From assembly GCF_006345805.1 (NCBI RefSeq), contig NC_043000.1, positions 162,254,001 through 162,318,000 of the forward strand: DNA of 64,000 bases, written 5' to 3'. The position numbers and the translations under genes are program-made. The notes under the pieces were generated by a model. The model made no database searches and had not been told where the DNA came from. It was given only the letters and a program-made list of their open reading frames with translations. Every line of letters starts with the position of its first letter. Position 1 is the first letter of the stretch. Shown piece after piece: positions 38,582-52,360 of this stretch. Source of the DNA: Octopus sinensis (lineage: Eukaryota).

Positions 38582-40133
38582 GAAAAAAAAGGAAGTCGCA
38601 GATGCAAAGAAATCAGATAAGGGATGAAGATTAGATTTATAAAATAGATGTAAGAAAAGTGTACACAAACATACGAAATTATCAACAAACGAAACTTCAA
38701 ATGCACTTTTTGGAAATTGAAAACAAATTGCTTTTGAAATAATTCCATTTAAAAAAGAAATAGAATCTCTTAGCTGTAAAAGATCACTATGACCTTATCG
38801 TTGTCTTTCTTTTCTATTGCGTTTGTTAATTCCGCTTTTTTTTCTTTTATTGCTTATGTGTTTTCATATTACTGCAATATCATGTTCAGCTTGGCATTTC
38901 TAGGCAGAAAATTGACCTCGACTTATTAGCATGTCGTATTTTATTACTAAAAAGTCTTGAGTTTTAAGTAGAGCAAATTTTATTTTCATATATTGCTCAG
39001 TATAGATAAAAACAAAAAATAGATTTGTTTGCATCTGGGTTGATATCTGAGAAATGCAATTAGGAGATGCAGTTACGACAACAATTCTGATTTGTAAACA
39101 AAACACACAGGAACACGAATTCAAACACATATACAGACACACAAAAGCACACACATATGTACGTACACACACATACGTACATCTACACACAAAAACACTC
39201 TCTCTCATACACACACGTCCTCCTTTGTTGGTAACGACACTAGTACAAAAAGAATAGATTCGTTTTAATATTTATCCAGTAGTGAGGCTTTATAATGTTT
39301 AAATGTATTTTAGTTCTTCTTGGTTGAGTTTCGTGTGTGGGCTCGGGTTACTGGTCGTACAAAGATTGCATGGTTCTTTACGTCTGACTATAATATAAAA
39401 GCTCTAGGGAAAATTTTCTTCAGTTTCGAATTCTTTAATTTTAAATTACAACGTAATCAGAAATCAAAGTGGAAATACTTTTGGAATAATTTCAGACAAT
39501 TATGTATGTCCCTTTTAGTTAAAAGGAAAGGGACTAGCAATAAGGGAAATAGATATTTTTACAGTATTTGCAGTGTACACATTATATTTGTAGACTATAT
39601 CCTTTGCTAAATAGTTAAAATTCAAAAAGTAATTAGTTGGGATAGTGAAGCTGCAGTTTGTAGGTCTGGTAGGTGCAGATCTCGTATTTAATTTGATGAA
39701 AAGAAATAATAATTTATTGAAAGTTTAGTGTAGTAGAATATAAAATCTTGACAACTCTCATATTAGAAGTTCTATAATTTCAGCATCATGGCGGATTTCT
39801 TTTATAAGGGAAGCATTAAGTTTTGCTATGAATTTAGTTACAAATAAATTGTATCGTGGATTGAACCATCAAATGTTACCTTTTCTATTTCAATGGTGAG
39901 ATGTTTGGTTGTCAGTCGTGTTTAAGTGTTTTCCTCTTTAATTATGCTTAATAATGTTTAGGTCCTTTCTTCTTCAGTGTTATATAAGTACTTATTTGTG
40001 GGAACTGGAGGAAGAGTTAAAGCATGTGTTCGTTGCTAGATGTTGTTTAAATAAATTCTTAAAGATATTCTTAGGATCATTAGACTGTTTAGCCATAAAA
40101 CTAAGAGTTTCATTACACTTCCTGCAAGGGTGC

Positions 40134-40615
<482 letters not shown>

Positions 40616-41230
40616 GTAGTATAAAAACGATAAGATTCAGGGTAAAATCTGTAATGTTGATGTTCATACTTAAAAGTAGTTCATAGCTAAAAAAAAAAAA
40701 AAGCTGGTGTGTGTGTGTTTGTTTCCCCCATCATCACATGACGCATCCGTAAGTGGTATTCGGTAGAAGTACCAGGTTTAAAGGTAAGTCATAGGTTGAT
40801 TTGTTCGACTAAACTATTTACAGCGAGGCTACAGCATGGTCCCAAGCCAATGGCTGACACACGTAGAAGGTAAAAGAGTATGTTATATTACATTAAACTT
40901 CGTATTTATGCGTGTATGTAAGTGGATGTATATATTTCTGGACAGTTAGCATGCGTACACTTATATTAATCTGCGCCTTTGTAATGTAGAGTTTTTAAAT
41001 ATCAATTGTTGCTTACAAACTTTTTATTTATGCCACGAAATAATAAAGCGCAACGCAATGATTAAGATAAAAGGCAAAACGTATTAATGTACGTTTCTCC
41101 AAATTAATAATACGCAAACAAAAATCATTCAGAGCATTAAATTTATTTATTCAGTAGGCCAGACAACTTCTAAGTTCTCTTTCATTTATTTATTTATTTA
41201 TTTATCTTTTCAATATTTTCATTTTCATTT

Positions 41231-41274
41231 TTCTTCTTCTTCTTCTTCTTCTTCTTCTTCTTCTTCTTCTTCTT

Positions 41275-41335
<61 letters not shown>

Positions 41336-41433
41336 TATTATTATATTATTATTATTATTATTATTGTTATTGTTGTTGTGTTGTTGTTGTTGTTGTTGTT
41401 ATTATTATTATTGTTATTATTATTATTATTATT
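41231..41433. repeat. Compound (TTC)n-(ATT)n-(GTT)n-(ATT)n microsatellite
   Basis: Directly visible. Confidence 0.97.
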
Positions 41434-41622
41434 TTGCTTTTAACCAGTCCAAAATGCTTGAATAGCAAAAAGAGAAACTGGAAATAATGCAGTGTAATTC
41501 ATAATGTTTTGTTACCTAATCTGATAGGCTCTATTTAACAAACGCTCTCTCTCCTTCCACCCTCTCTCTCTCTCTCTCTCTCTCTCTATGTATGTATGTA
41601 TGTTTGTATGTATGTATGCATG

Positions 41623-41659
<37 letters not shown>

Positions 41660-42643
41660 GACATGCACACAGACACACATACACACACACACACACCACA
41701 CACACACACACACACATTCACGCACGCGCCCACACACACATACACACGCACGCACGCAGGCATTGAAAACATGACTAGGTTTTAGTTACATAATATTGTA
41801 TTAAAGGTTTAAAAATATTTTTGCACGAGTCTCCTCTTCAGACTCCTCCTCTCTATCAGACTGTCTTTGTATGTGTTCTTCCCGCTCTACAGTCATCAGA
41901 GGTCAAATGACAGGTGTTGCTATTATCACCGAAATTTGAATTTATTTATTTATTTTTTTGTCATTTGGTTTAAACAGTTTCGTAAAAAAATAGATATGAT
42001 TACTATATCTTTATACTCAATATAACAACACGAATTGCAAAGTTTGGAAATTGAATTCAACTTTAAATATTAATTAAATTAGTCATTCGATTCTTGCTAG
42101 AAGCCTTACAAGCCAGTCGATGGTTTTTGGTAATAAAACTTTTTTGCTTTTGAGGTTTTGCCGTATAATTTTTGTATCAGTTTTTTAGTACCATTGTGAT
42201 GCACTTTGTGTTATGCTTTTTTGTAGCTTTTGATAATGCATTTATCATTAATTTTATTGATAGTTTGGGTTTGATTCATACAAAGCACATTTTTTTCTGT
42301 TTTGTGTATTTTTAATAGGAGTAATATTATGCCGCATTTGTAATAATACTGCTCTATTGCATGGTATAGTAGTTTATCAAAATACCTATTTTTTATTTCT
42401 TTATACGGTGATTCATTTTTCGAGAAAAATCTAAATTCTCTTTTAGGTAGGAATTTCGCTCTTCAAAATCGTTTAAATTCTGCGTGTACATGAAAGTACA
42501 GGTGTTTGTTTACGAATTTTGGTAGATAAGACCGTAAGGTCTCTTTTTTTATACTCTGTCTTAATGTTTAGGCATAGAAACGAATCCATTGTATTGCTAG
42601 GAGTTATAAACGGACTGCGTTTAGAAATTGTATTTTAGTCGAC

Positions 42644-42735
<92 letters not shown>

Positions 42736-42822
42736 ATAGTTCGGAATGGTCATTTGCACAACAAATATTTAAACGTATATATATATATATATTTTGTAAT
42801 TTATAATTCATATTTAATTTCT

Positions 42823-42872
<50 letters not shown>

Positions 42873-42885
42873 GAGAGAGAGAGAG

Positions 42886-42983
<98 letters not shown>

Positions 42984-42984
42984 A

Positions 42985-43268
42985 GACCCCAAGAAAGCTC
43001 CCCTCGGAGGCACAAGTCCTGACAAGGTTGTTTGTAGATGACCAGCCTCCGCTTTCCACGCCACCGATGTTAATCAAGGGAAAGACAAAAGCCGATACAG
43101 CCTGGCACCAGTGGCGTCGCAACTCATTTCTGCAACTGAGTGAACCTGGAGCAATGTTCTTGAGCAAGGCTCTTGCACAAGAACACAAAGCACAGCCCGG
43201 TCAGGAAGTCGAACTCACTACTTCCTGATTGTGATTGAGCCCGATGCTTTACCCACATAGCCATGCGG
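42985..43268 (-). mobile_element. SINE related to family C (similar head and core, different 3' tail)
   Basis: Minus strand GCATGGCTATGTGGGT...GAGTTCGACTTCC...CATTGCTCCAGGTTCACTCAG. Confidence 0.65.
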
Positions 43269-43329
43269 ACACACACACACACAAACACACACAAATACAC
43301 GTACACCCACACAAATACACACGTACATA

Positions 43330-43651
43330 GGAGCACTCCGTCTGTTGCGACGACGGGGGTCCCAGCTGATCCGAATCAAAGGAACAGCCTGCTCGTGAAA
43401 TTAAAGTGCAAGTGGCTGAGCACTCCACAGACACGTGTACCCTTAATGTAGTTCTCGGGGAGATTCAGCGTGACACAGTGTGTGACAAGTCCGGCCCTTT
43501 GAAATACAGGTACTACTCATTTTTGCCAGCTGAGTGGACTGGAGCAACGTGAAATATTGTGTCTTGCTCAAGGACACTACGCGCTGCCGGGAATTGAACT
43601 CATGACCTTACGATCATGAGTCGAATACCCCTAACCACTAAGCCACGCGCC
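43330..43651 (-). mobile_element. SINE family C, full length (tRNA-Met-like head, CORE-like middle)
   Basis: Minus strand GGCGCGTGGCTTAGTGGTTAG...GACTCATGATCGTAAGGTCATGAGTTCAATTCCC, then GTCCTTGAGCAAG...GTTGCTCCAGTCCACTCAGCTG. Confidence 0.88.
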
Positions 43652-44163
43652 TTCATACATACATGCACACATATTATATTCAATTCAGTGGAGAGTTAGA
43701 GACTTCTGTTTGATGTCGTAGGTCTTCATGCAGTGCCCGATTTCTACTGTTTAAATTTGATAAGGTAGGTTTTCAACAGCGAGCAAGCGAGACGTCATCT
43801 TTGATTAAGCTTCATGTTTTATGAAATTATATACTTCGGGAAGCAAATTCAACATAGGCTTTTGTTTTTTCGTTTAATATGATTTTCTTTTTTGCATCAG
43901 TCAATGTCTCTACCGGTTTCGGTTTCTAAACGGATATCCATCGCAGATTTTACATTCCCTTGGTAAATATCTAATGGTTGATAAACGGACTGACTGTCAG
44001 ATTTTTTCCAGTATCGAATTAACGATTGCTTCTGATTATTGATTAATGCTGAGTGGATGGATGCGGTTCATTGAATATTCATAACAATCAACTTCTCGCC
44101 ATTCGAAACCAATGTTTCACGCGCACACACACATATATGTATGTATGTATCTACGTATATATA

Positions 44164-44201
<38 letters not shown>

Positions 44202-44293
44202 TTTATATGTATATACAGACCCACATACCTAACACTATGTGCATATGCTTGTATGTGTGTATAATGCATACATACATATGTATACACATGCAT

Positions 44294-44326
<33 letters not shown>

Positions 44327-45462
44327 TCACTTTTAAGTCACTCCCTTTCTCTCATATATATGAGTATGTATCTGTATATGTGTGTATACGCACATAAAAT
44401 GTCATGCATACATATATATGCACACGCATAGCCATAAAAAAAGAGAAACACTTTCACATATAGTCACACATACATAGAAGGAGAGCGGTGAATGTGAAGT
44501 AGAGAGAGAGAGAGGAAGAACGAACATTATTTCATTGTATATATGAAAGTTATCACCTCTAATGCTTTCTGTTTTTATATCTGCTGTATTCGTATTCAAT
44601 ATCGAATGTATTATATATAGTTTATAACATGCTAGCTTCTGTAGTTTGAAACTCAGGTAGTGTTTGAAGTTGCTTCTTAGTTATGAATCCCGGGAGAATA
44701 CTTACTGCAGTTTCTTGAAACCACGAGAAGAAACTAAATCTTTATATGGCAATGTAAGATATTTCTTTTGATATTAACTACGAGAAATTCAACAATAGAA
44801 AGCACGTTAGAAATAGAAGAAAAGGTATAGAAATATTATGCTGTTACAGAAATATGCCCCATTTCATAAATATGCCAATATGAGCATATCAGGTAACAAG
44901 TTCGCGTCGGTTGCTAAACAAAGTTTTCATAATTTTATTGTGACATGAAATGGAACCAGACTTTACTCGATTATTGCAACTCTAAAAGGAATACCAAGTC
45001 ATAAATTATTCAAATTATCTTAAAGGGTTCATGTTTCAAAGAATTTATGTTTTGGCTTGAATCCTTACACAGCACGTAGGGCAAAAATTTGTGTTTGATT
45101 TTGAACTCCCTACCCAGTATCTACAGAAAGTATTTTCTACCGTAATAAAGCATCAATCCAAGCCTTATCAGTGAAATTAGGTAGGTAGAAACTGTGCAAA
45201 GCCCCGTCGGTTTCTATTTGTTCTTGGGTAGTCGACTTAACCGGTAAACTTTTAGTAGAATCCTTTCTGAAGATGAACACAAAGCCGTGGAATTTTTCTC
45301 CTTCGAACATGGAACAGCTTGTTGGAGATTTTGCAGAATATCGAAGAGCGGAAAGTGAATAGGAATGGCAAGTCGGATCAAATGTTTTTCAGTTATTTAG
45401 TTATGTACGGTTTAAGAATATTGGTTCAAATTCCTTTTGCTTAGCCTTTGTCTTTATTTGTC

Positions 45463-45875
45463 GCAGGAGCTGGCACAAACGTTAGCGCACCGGACGAAAT
45501 GCTTAGCGGTATTTCGTCCGTCGCTGCGTTCTAAGTTCAAATTCCGCCGAGGTCGACTTTTCCTTTCATCCTTTCGGGGTCGATAACTTAAGCACCAGTT
45601 ACGCACTGGGATCGACATAATCGACTTAACCTGTTTGTCTGTCCTTGTTTGTCCGCTCTGTGTTTAGCCCCTTGTGGGTAGTAAAGAAATAGGTATTTCG
45701 TCTGCCGCTACGTTCTGAATTTAAATTCCGCTGAGGTCGACTTTGCCTTTCATCCTTTCGGGGTCGATTAAATAAGTACCAGTTATGCACTGGGTTCGAT
45801 ATAATCGACTTAATCCTTTTGTCTGTCCTTGTTTGTCCCCTCTGTGTATAGCCCCTTGTGGGCAGTAAAGAAATA
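45463..45875 (+). mobile_element. SINE family B, head-to-tail dimer
   Basis: Unit 1 ends GTAAAGAAATA; unit 2 restarts at GGTATTTCGTC (45692) without the A-box head. Confidence 0.92.
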
Positions 45876-46443
45876 AGAGCAGAAATATCGGGGGATAGAT
45901 TCGATCTTTAATATCTCATTTTCTACCGTTTTTCTTTACAAAACTAGTTTTCTTGTATTTTATTTATGTTTTGAAAGATTTAATATACGGTTTGAGAGTA
46001 TTGTAATGGTTGTTTCTTTACAGTAAAGATAGAGCACCAACCACATACTTAAACATCTAAAGTACAATACTAAATTACTGAATTAAATTTTGGTCTTCTC
46101 AGTACTGAGTTATTCGTCTGGAGATAATACATGGAGTTCTGTTATATTCCGAGTTCAATTAAAACGATTGTGCAAACTCCCAAGGAAAACCAAACTAACC
46201 ACTGACCAATTATGTTATCAGTCGACCTGCTAAAAATATCAGTTAAATGTGTCTTTACATCACAACTCTACTGTTTTTACAAAAGGAAAGACACGTTATT
46301 AGGTCATGCAGTCCTAGATACATTACTTCCGAGTAAAAGGAAGCAGGATGGTTACTGCTAGAACGTTTTTGATCATTGATCTGCCGGACCAGAGCTTACA
46401 TCAAGTTTATCAACAGCAGCAGCGACAAAATGGTATTATTTAA

Positions 46444-46924
46444 GAAGGTCCCAGTGCGCGCACTCGCATACTCGCGCACCCGCGCTAGCTAGTCGTGACT
46501 AGTCGATCCTACAACGACTACCTATCCTATAACATGATGGGGGTACCAAAAACATGTAGTGTGTTATTTTTATTTAATTTGTTTGAGAAAAAATTTATTT
46601 ACGTTTAGAAAAAAAATGTATTTACTTTGTTTAAAAAAAATATTTACTTTGTGTTTTTGTGTTTTATTTACTTTGTCTTAAAACAATTATTTACTTTGTG
46701 TAAAAAATTGTTTATTTTGTTTAAAGAAAACACTATTTGTTTAAAAAAAACCCATCTAAGTTATGATGGGGGTACCAAACGGTTATCTAATAACTTCGAA
46801 TAATTTTCAACCGAATTTATACGAACATTTGTTATAGGATAGGTAGTCGTTGTAGGATCGACTAGTCACGACTAGCTAGCGCGGGTGCGCGAGTACGCGA
46901 GTGCGCGTACCGGGACCACTCTTC
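46444..46924. mobile_element. Kolobok-like MITE (481 bp), TTAA TSD, 88-bp CpG-rich inverted repeats
   Basis: 46447-46534 versus the reverse complement of 46830-46917, 3 mismatches. TTAA at 46440-46443 and 46925-46928; termini GA...TC (RR...YY, not piggyBac CC...GG). Confidence 0.8.
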
Positions 46925-47684
46925 TTAAATTGTACCGACAAAAACAACAACAGCTGCAGCAAGAATAGCGGCAACAACTACATCGAAAAATTTTGTTTAG
47001 TAAAATGAAGTGAGTATTGCGAATGAGGTAAAAGCAGGAGGCAAAGCATAATCGCTTCGTGACGCAGTGCGTCTGTCTCAACTCTTGATGAACGACAATT
47101 CAATTATGCCACAAATGTCCTTGAAACCGTAATAAATATTACATCAATCACCCACCTTATAAATTATTTGTGGCATCTTGCCTAAGTAAAAACAAAAAGA
47201 ACAAAACAAAAATCAATATCATATTGTCAGTAGTATTTTTTTTTTTTTACTTTGCTTAAAACTTTGTCCTAGACTACATCTCTTTATGAACAAAACTACT
47301 TATAATCTGTACCAAATACATGTTCTGTCATAAGGAAATTTGTATGAATTATGTATTATCGTTCATTAACTAAATATCTGAAAAATAATTGAAGTAATAC
47401 ACAATTAAAAAGAAAACCTAACAGAAGATAAAATGGTGTTAGCAGTAACCTCCCTAGGGGACATATCCTGTAAAGTAAGTCTGGGTTCTATTAATATCTT
47501 TTACGCTTCTAACAGCTTGCGGACTGTACGAAGCTCACACAATCTGAAACACTTGAAAATTACAAAATACTATAAATATGTGTTCTCGAGCTTTATTTTT
47601 ATTAATTTATAATCTTAGAACGGGATCAAGACTATATTGCAGTCGTTGTTTAACTCCAGGTCAACCTTGATTAAATAGATAGTT

Positions 47685-48070
47685 ATGGTTGCGTGGTTAA
47701 GAAACCCGGTTAGTAACCACGCGGTTTCAGGTTCAGTCACACTTCGCAACACTTTGTGAAAATGGCTTCTGCGATAGCCCCGAACCGACCAATGCCTTAT
47801 GAGTGGACTTGCTAAAAAGAAATAGTATGTAAGCCCTTTGTATATGTATATGTGTGTCTGTGTATCTCTTTGTGACTGCGGTTGTTCGCCCACAGCCTGA
47901 CAACCGGTGTTGGTTTGTTTAGGTCCCCGTAACTTAGCAGTTCGGCCAAAGAGACTAATAGAATAAGTATCAGACTTAAAAAATAAGTACTAGGGGCGAT
48001 TTGTTCGACTAAATCTTTCAAGGCGGTGCCCCGGCGTGGCCGCAGTCCGATGTCTGAAACAAGGAAATAA
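47685..48070 (+). mobile_element. SINE family A
   Basis: Collinear with the reverse complement of the 9878 copy. Confidence 0.85.
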
Positions 48071-48194
48071 ATAAACGATATATGATAGAGATGTGTTCTA
48101 AGTAATTCATTGACTCCATTACCACTGCCAGCAGTTGTTTGCTTCAGGGAGAAATGAACGTGCAATGAGGTGCCAAAAATATATATTTTTAAAA

Positions 48195-48585
48195 TCTTTT
48201 ATTTTTTCTACTTGTATCAGTCGTTGGACGGCAGCCATGCTAGGGCAATCCTTGAAGGGTTTTAGTCGAACAAATAGAAAGTCTTATTCAATCAGCTTCT
48301 TTTGCCTAGCCGCTAGGTTACGATGACGTACACAAACCAACGCCGATTATGAAAACTGGTGGTAAGGAAAATGTCTCTCACACAAACATACGCGCGCGCA
48401 CACAGATACGTACATATGAGATGGGCTTCTACACAGTTTCTGTCTGCCAAATCCACTAACAAGATATTGGTTAACCCGGGGCTATAGTGGAAGCCATTTG
48501 CTCAAGGTACCACGCATTGGGACTGAACTCGAAACCACATGACTGCAAAAGTGAGCTTCTTACCCTCATAGCCATGCCTGCTCCC
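48195..48585 (-). mobile_element. SINE family A
   Basis: Diverged, convergent with the 47685 copy. Confidence 0.8.
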
Positions 48586-48627
48586 AAGAATATAACCACC
48601 CAGTCCTGATCTCCCACTGACCTATGA

Positions 48628-48842
48628 AAATTCTTTTCTACTCTAGGTACAAGGCCCGAAATTTTGGGGGAGAGGGCAGTCGATTAGATCGACCCCAGTA
48701 TGGTACTTAATTTATCGACCCTGAAAGGATGAAAGGCATAGTCGACCTCGGCGGTATTTGAACTCAGAACGTAAAGACAGACGAAACATCGCTAAGTATT
48801 TCGCCCGGCGTGCTAACGTTTCTGTCAGCTCGTTGCCTTCAC
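48628..48842 (-). mobile_element. SINE family B
   Basis: GATCGACCCCAG...GAAAGGATGAAAGGC.TAGTCGACCTCGGCGG.ATTTGAACTCAGAACG. Confidence 0.88.
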
Positions 48843-49295
48843 TGACCTAAGAATATTGACCTAGCCTCGTAGCTGTTGAATATGGAAGCGAATTTCGTTT
48901 TTGCTTGAAAAGATTCCTTTCAGTTACCTTTCCGAGGATCTCTAGAAAGATTGAACACCACACAATTTTATTGTTTTTGAGCCTAGGTAAATTTTAATGA
49001 AGAATGAAACGAATGCCGAAGAGCAACAAGAAAGAACCTAAGTGATATCAATCTGTCTGTGGGTTTTACCATTCCCATGAGACCAGAGGATCACTATGAA
49101 AAGGCGGCAGTTAGAAGACGGCCTAAAATTGCTACTACATCTAGCTACGTCTGAGAACGCCCGGAAATATTAATAGGTTTAGAAACGGTATTGTTTTAAT
49201 AAAAACATAAAGGGCTGACTGGGAAATATGAAAAATCATTAATGAAAATAAGTAAACGTGAACATATTTGAGTTTTCAATATAGCTTGTTTGCAA

Positions 49296-49510
49296 GGCGG
49301 CGGGGTAGTAGAACCGTTGGCATACCAGGTAAAATGCCTAGCGGCATTACATCCGTCTTCACGTTCTGAGTTCAAATTCTGCCGTGGTTGACTTTGCCTT
49401 TCATCTTTTCGGGGTCAATAAAATAAGTACCAGTCGAGCACTTGAGTCGATGTAATCGATTATCTCCCTTTCCCGAACGTGCTGGCCTTGTGCCAAAATT
49501 TGAAACCATT
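49296..49510 (+). mobile_element. SINE family B
   Basis: GTTCTGAGTTCAAATTCTGCC...GGCCTTGTGCCAAAATTTGAAACC. Confidence 0.85.
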
Positions 49511-50011
49511 ATATGTTTTCAAAGAAAACAATGTTTAATATACCCACTCTCACACAGACACAGACGTATATGAGTGTTGAAAAGAAAGAGAGATAGCGAC
49601 ACAGAAAGAGAAAGAAAAATGGAGCTCAAGACTTCCGAAGAAAATGCTATTTGAAATTAAGATTAGAACACCGAATCTTTTGTACCATCAGGAGTATATC
49701 CCTAAATATTCAAGCAACAACTCATGACTGAAACATAGAAATGCAATTTCAAAATCGTTGAATCAAAATTGCAGACCACCAAACAATATTTTAATTATTC
49801 GATCTCAGAATAAGTTACAGCTAGACTGGAGAAGATCTTACGGCTTTGATATTTCTTGCAGACATTTTGATATCTCTTATTTTACACATGATTACTTATA
49901 ACTGCCTCACACCATAACCACTTCTTGAATATTCAAACATTGTAGCCATGTGAATGCTCCCACCTACCACTATAAATCTATTTGCTTCCTTGTGACTACT
50001 TAAAATCCAGA

Positions 50012-50054
50012 CTTTCTTTCTTTCTTTCTTTCTTGCTTTCTTTCTTTCTTGTTT

Positions 50055-50126
<72 letters not shown>

Positions 50127-50128
50127 TC
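50012..50128. repeat. (TTTC)n microsatellite
   Basis: Directly visible. Confidence 0.97.
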
Positions 50129-51299
50129 CATTTCACCTCTCATTCTATTCTTGCCATGCCATCTCTCCTCGTAGACGGAAGCAAGTTATCACTATAGAAA
50201 ATGGAGGTCAGCGAGCAGTTTAATAGATTTCTTAATATCATGCCCCCGTGTAAAGAATAATAAAAACGAGTAACTTCTGGATGTTTGTAAAAACAACAAG
50301 CAGCCATGATAATATGGAAGATGTGTTATTTTATCCGAGTGAAAATAAAGCCTAGATAATAACACCACCAGCAATAATCCTATGAATCCACCGCGTTGCT
50401 TAGGAAAACAAGCCTTGTTTGTTGATTTAAGGGGCCCGATCAGATTCCCTAATACAATTAGTGATAAATAATGCGCTGCATATTATTCTCCTCATATATG
50501 CATGGACGTGAAGGCACACACGTGTACGCATACCGCGTATATATATACACACATATACACACTCTCACACGCACGTAATCATAAACACGATCATTATGTA
50601 TATAGGAATTAAGATAATATTTCGCAGTTCCATGTCACTAATAGATACGAAGACAATGGCTATAAAACATGGAAATATAGCGTTAATGTATTCACAGGCA
50701 TACATAGATAGATATACAAGCATAGAGGTATAACGTTATCTCACTAATATATTCACATGCATACATATGCGGAGATTGATGAATTACCCATACGTATACA
50801 TACGTGAGTGTTTGCATAAATATACTTGTAGACAGATGCAGAAATACATGGACGGAAAGTCGTACTAATACACATATAGATACATATACGGAGATTTAAG
50901 CAGATGTATCACTGCAGACATATCACATAAACACATGGACACAAGCACATATATGATATATAAAGTATCACACAAACGTACAAGCAATTACATATGTAGA
51001 AATAGATACAGGTGTTTACTTTCATACACATCTAAATACACCCAGACTCATCCAGATATAGATAAAATAATACAAATGTGCAACCATGTATACACTTACT
51101 TATAGATGAAGAAGTAATCACAAAAATTTACAGAGTCTGGTATTGCGATCACATTTAAACATTATATTGGGCAACACACCATTGACAAAACCGTTTAGAA
51201 GAGGCTTAATGTAAAGGTAGAAATAGTCTCAACGTTAGTCTAAAGTGGGTTCTTTAGAGATTTTCATTGCAGTACCTTCTGCATCAGAAACACTTCAAA

Positions 51300-51545
51300 A
51301 TATACATACATACATACATACATACACACATGCATACATTATGGCTGCCCCCTCGTTATCAAGTATGGCCATTGCACGAAGCTTAACTGTTACTGGTGCT
51401 GTGATCGAATGTGACTTTTTAGCCCAGCTAAAGATCTACAATGTCCTGTACAAAATTGGCGACTAAGACCTTTACTGGTAATAGTCGGCTGTGGTTGTAA
51501 CTGGGTTTCATGTACCTTTGCATGTCGTTTAAGTCCTCCTGCCAT
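51300..51545 (-). mobile_element. RTE-clade LINE extreme 3' end with C2H2 fingers
   Basis: AGGLKRHAKVH and .QFCTGHCRSLAGLKSHIRS (ORF 51390-51629), followed by a (TATG)n tail. Confidence 0.7.
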
Positions 51546-52119
51546 ACATACATACATACATACATACATACATACATACATACATACATACATACATACA
51601 TACATACATACATACATACATACACGCATATATACATACAGAGGTTAAAACACGTATAGTAAACAAACGAATGGAAAACAAACATAGAATGACATGTTGT
51701 AAGACATAGTAAATGCACAGACGAACGGAAACTTCACAGGTTTCTAACGCCTCACCAGTTATCGGCCCGGGGTGGGGGTCAAAAGCAATTTCACGCCTAT
51801 ACATGATGTGTGTGTGTGTATGTATGTATGTATATACACATGCATAAATAAACATAAATATATGTGTGTTCGTGCGTCTGTGTATTAAGGTATATATATT
51901 AGGGCTGAAACATGTGAAAGGATAAGGTGTGTGTATGTGTGTGTATATAAGTTTGTGTAACAAAAAAGGGAGTGTATTTCCACGCAGGAAAAAGTACAGA
52001 AAAACTTGTTGCTGAAAAGGCACCTGAATTTGAAAAGCTTGTAATTTTTTTCATTAAATTTATATACATGCATACTAAACTAGTTTCAGATCTGGTCTTT
52101 CTCATTCGCAAAATGAACC

Positions 52120-52360
52120 CCTCTCCGCCCTTAATTTCGATCAGATTGCTTTCAATTTTGGTGTATCGATGCAACTCTGAATTTTGATTACGATCAACCA
52201 ATTACTTTATCTCGTAAATCAGAGAATCTGATGTTATTTGCCATTAAAGTTGGGAAATTTGGGTAATTTTAGCCAATCAACAGACGGCGAGGCATTAGCA
52301 GCTTGTTACCATGACAACCACACTCTGTGTTGTGGTTTACTTTTGTCTGTGCCGCCATTG
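52120..52360. promoter_or_regulatory. Promoter-like motif cluster: GC box, CCAAT, RFX X-box, YY1-like
   Basis: CCGCCC 52125-52130; AGCCAATCA 52271-52279; GTTACCATGACAAC 52305-52318; GCCGCCATT 52351-52359. Confidence 0.4.

Noticed and set aside
39700-40130. Minus-strand stretches with protein-like composition (also 41820-42320)
   Set aside because: Interrupted by stops with no firm motif; possibly old Penelope remnants but unsupported.
43580-43651. tRNA-Met-like sequence (also 34255 and 56940)
   Set aside because: No paired acceptor stem and it continues directly into a SINE body; these are SINE heads, not tRNA genes.
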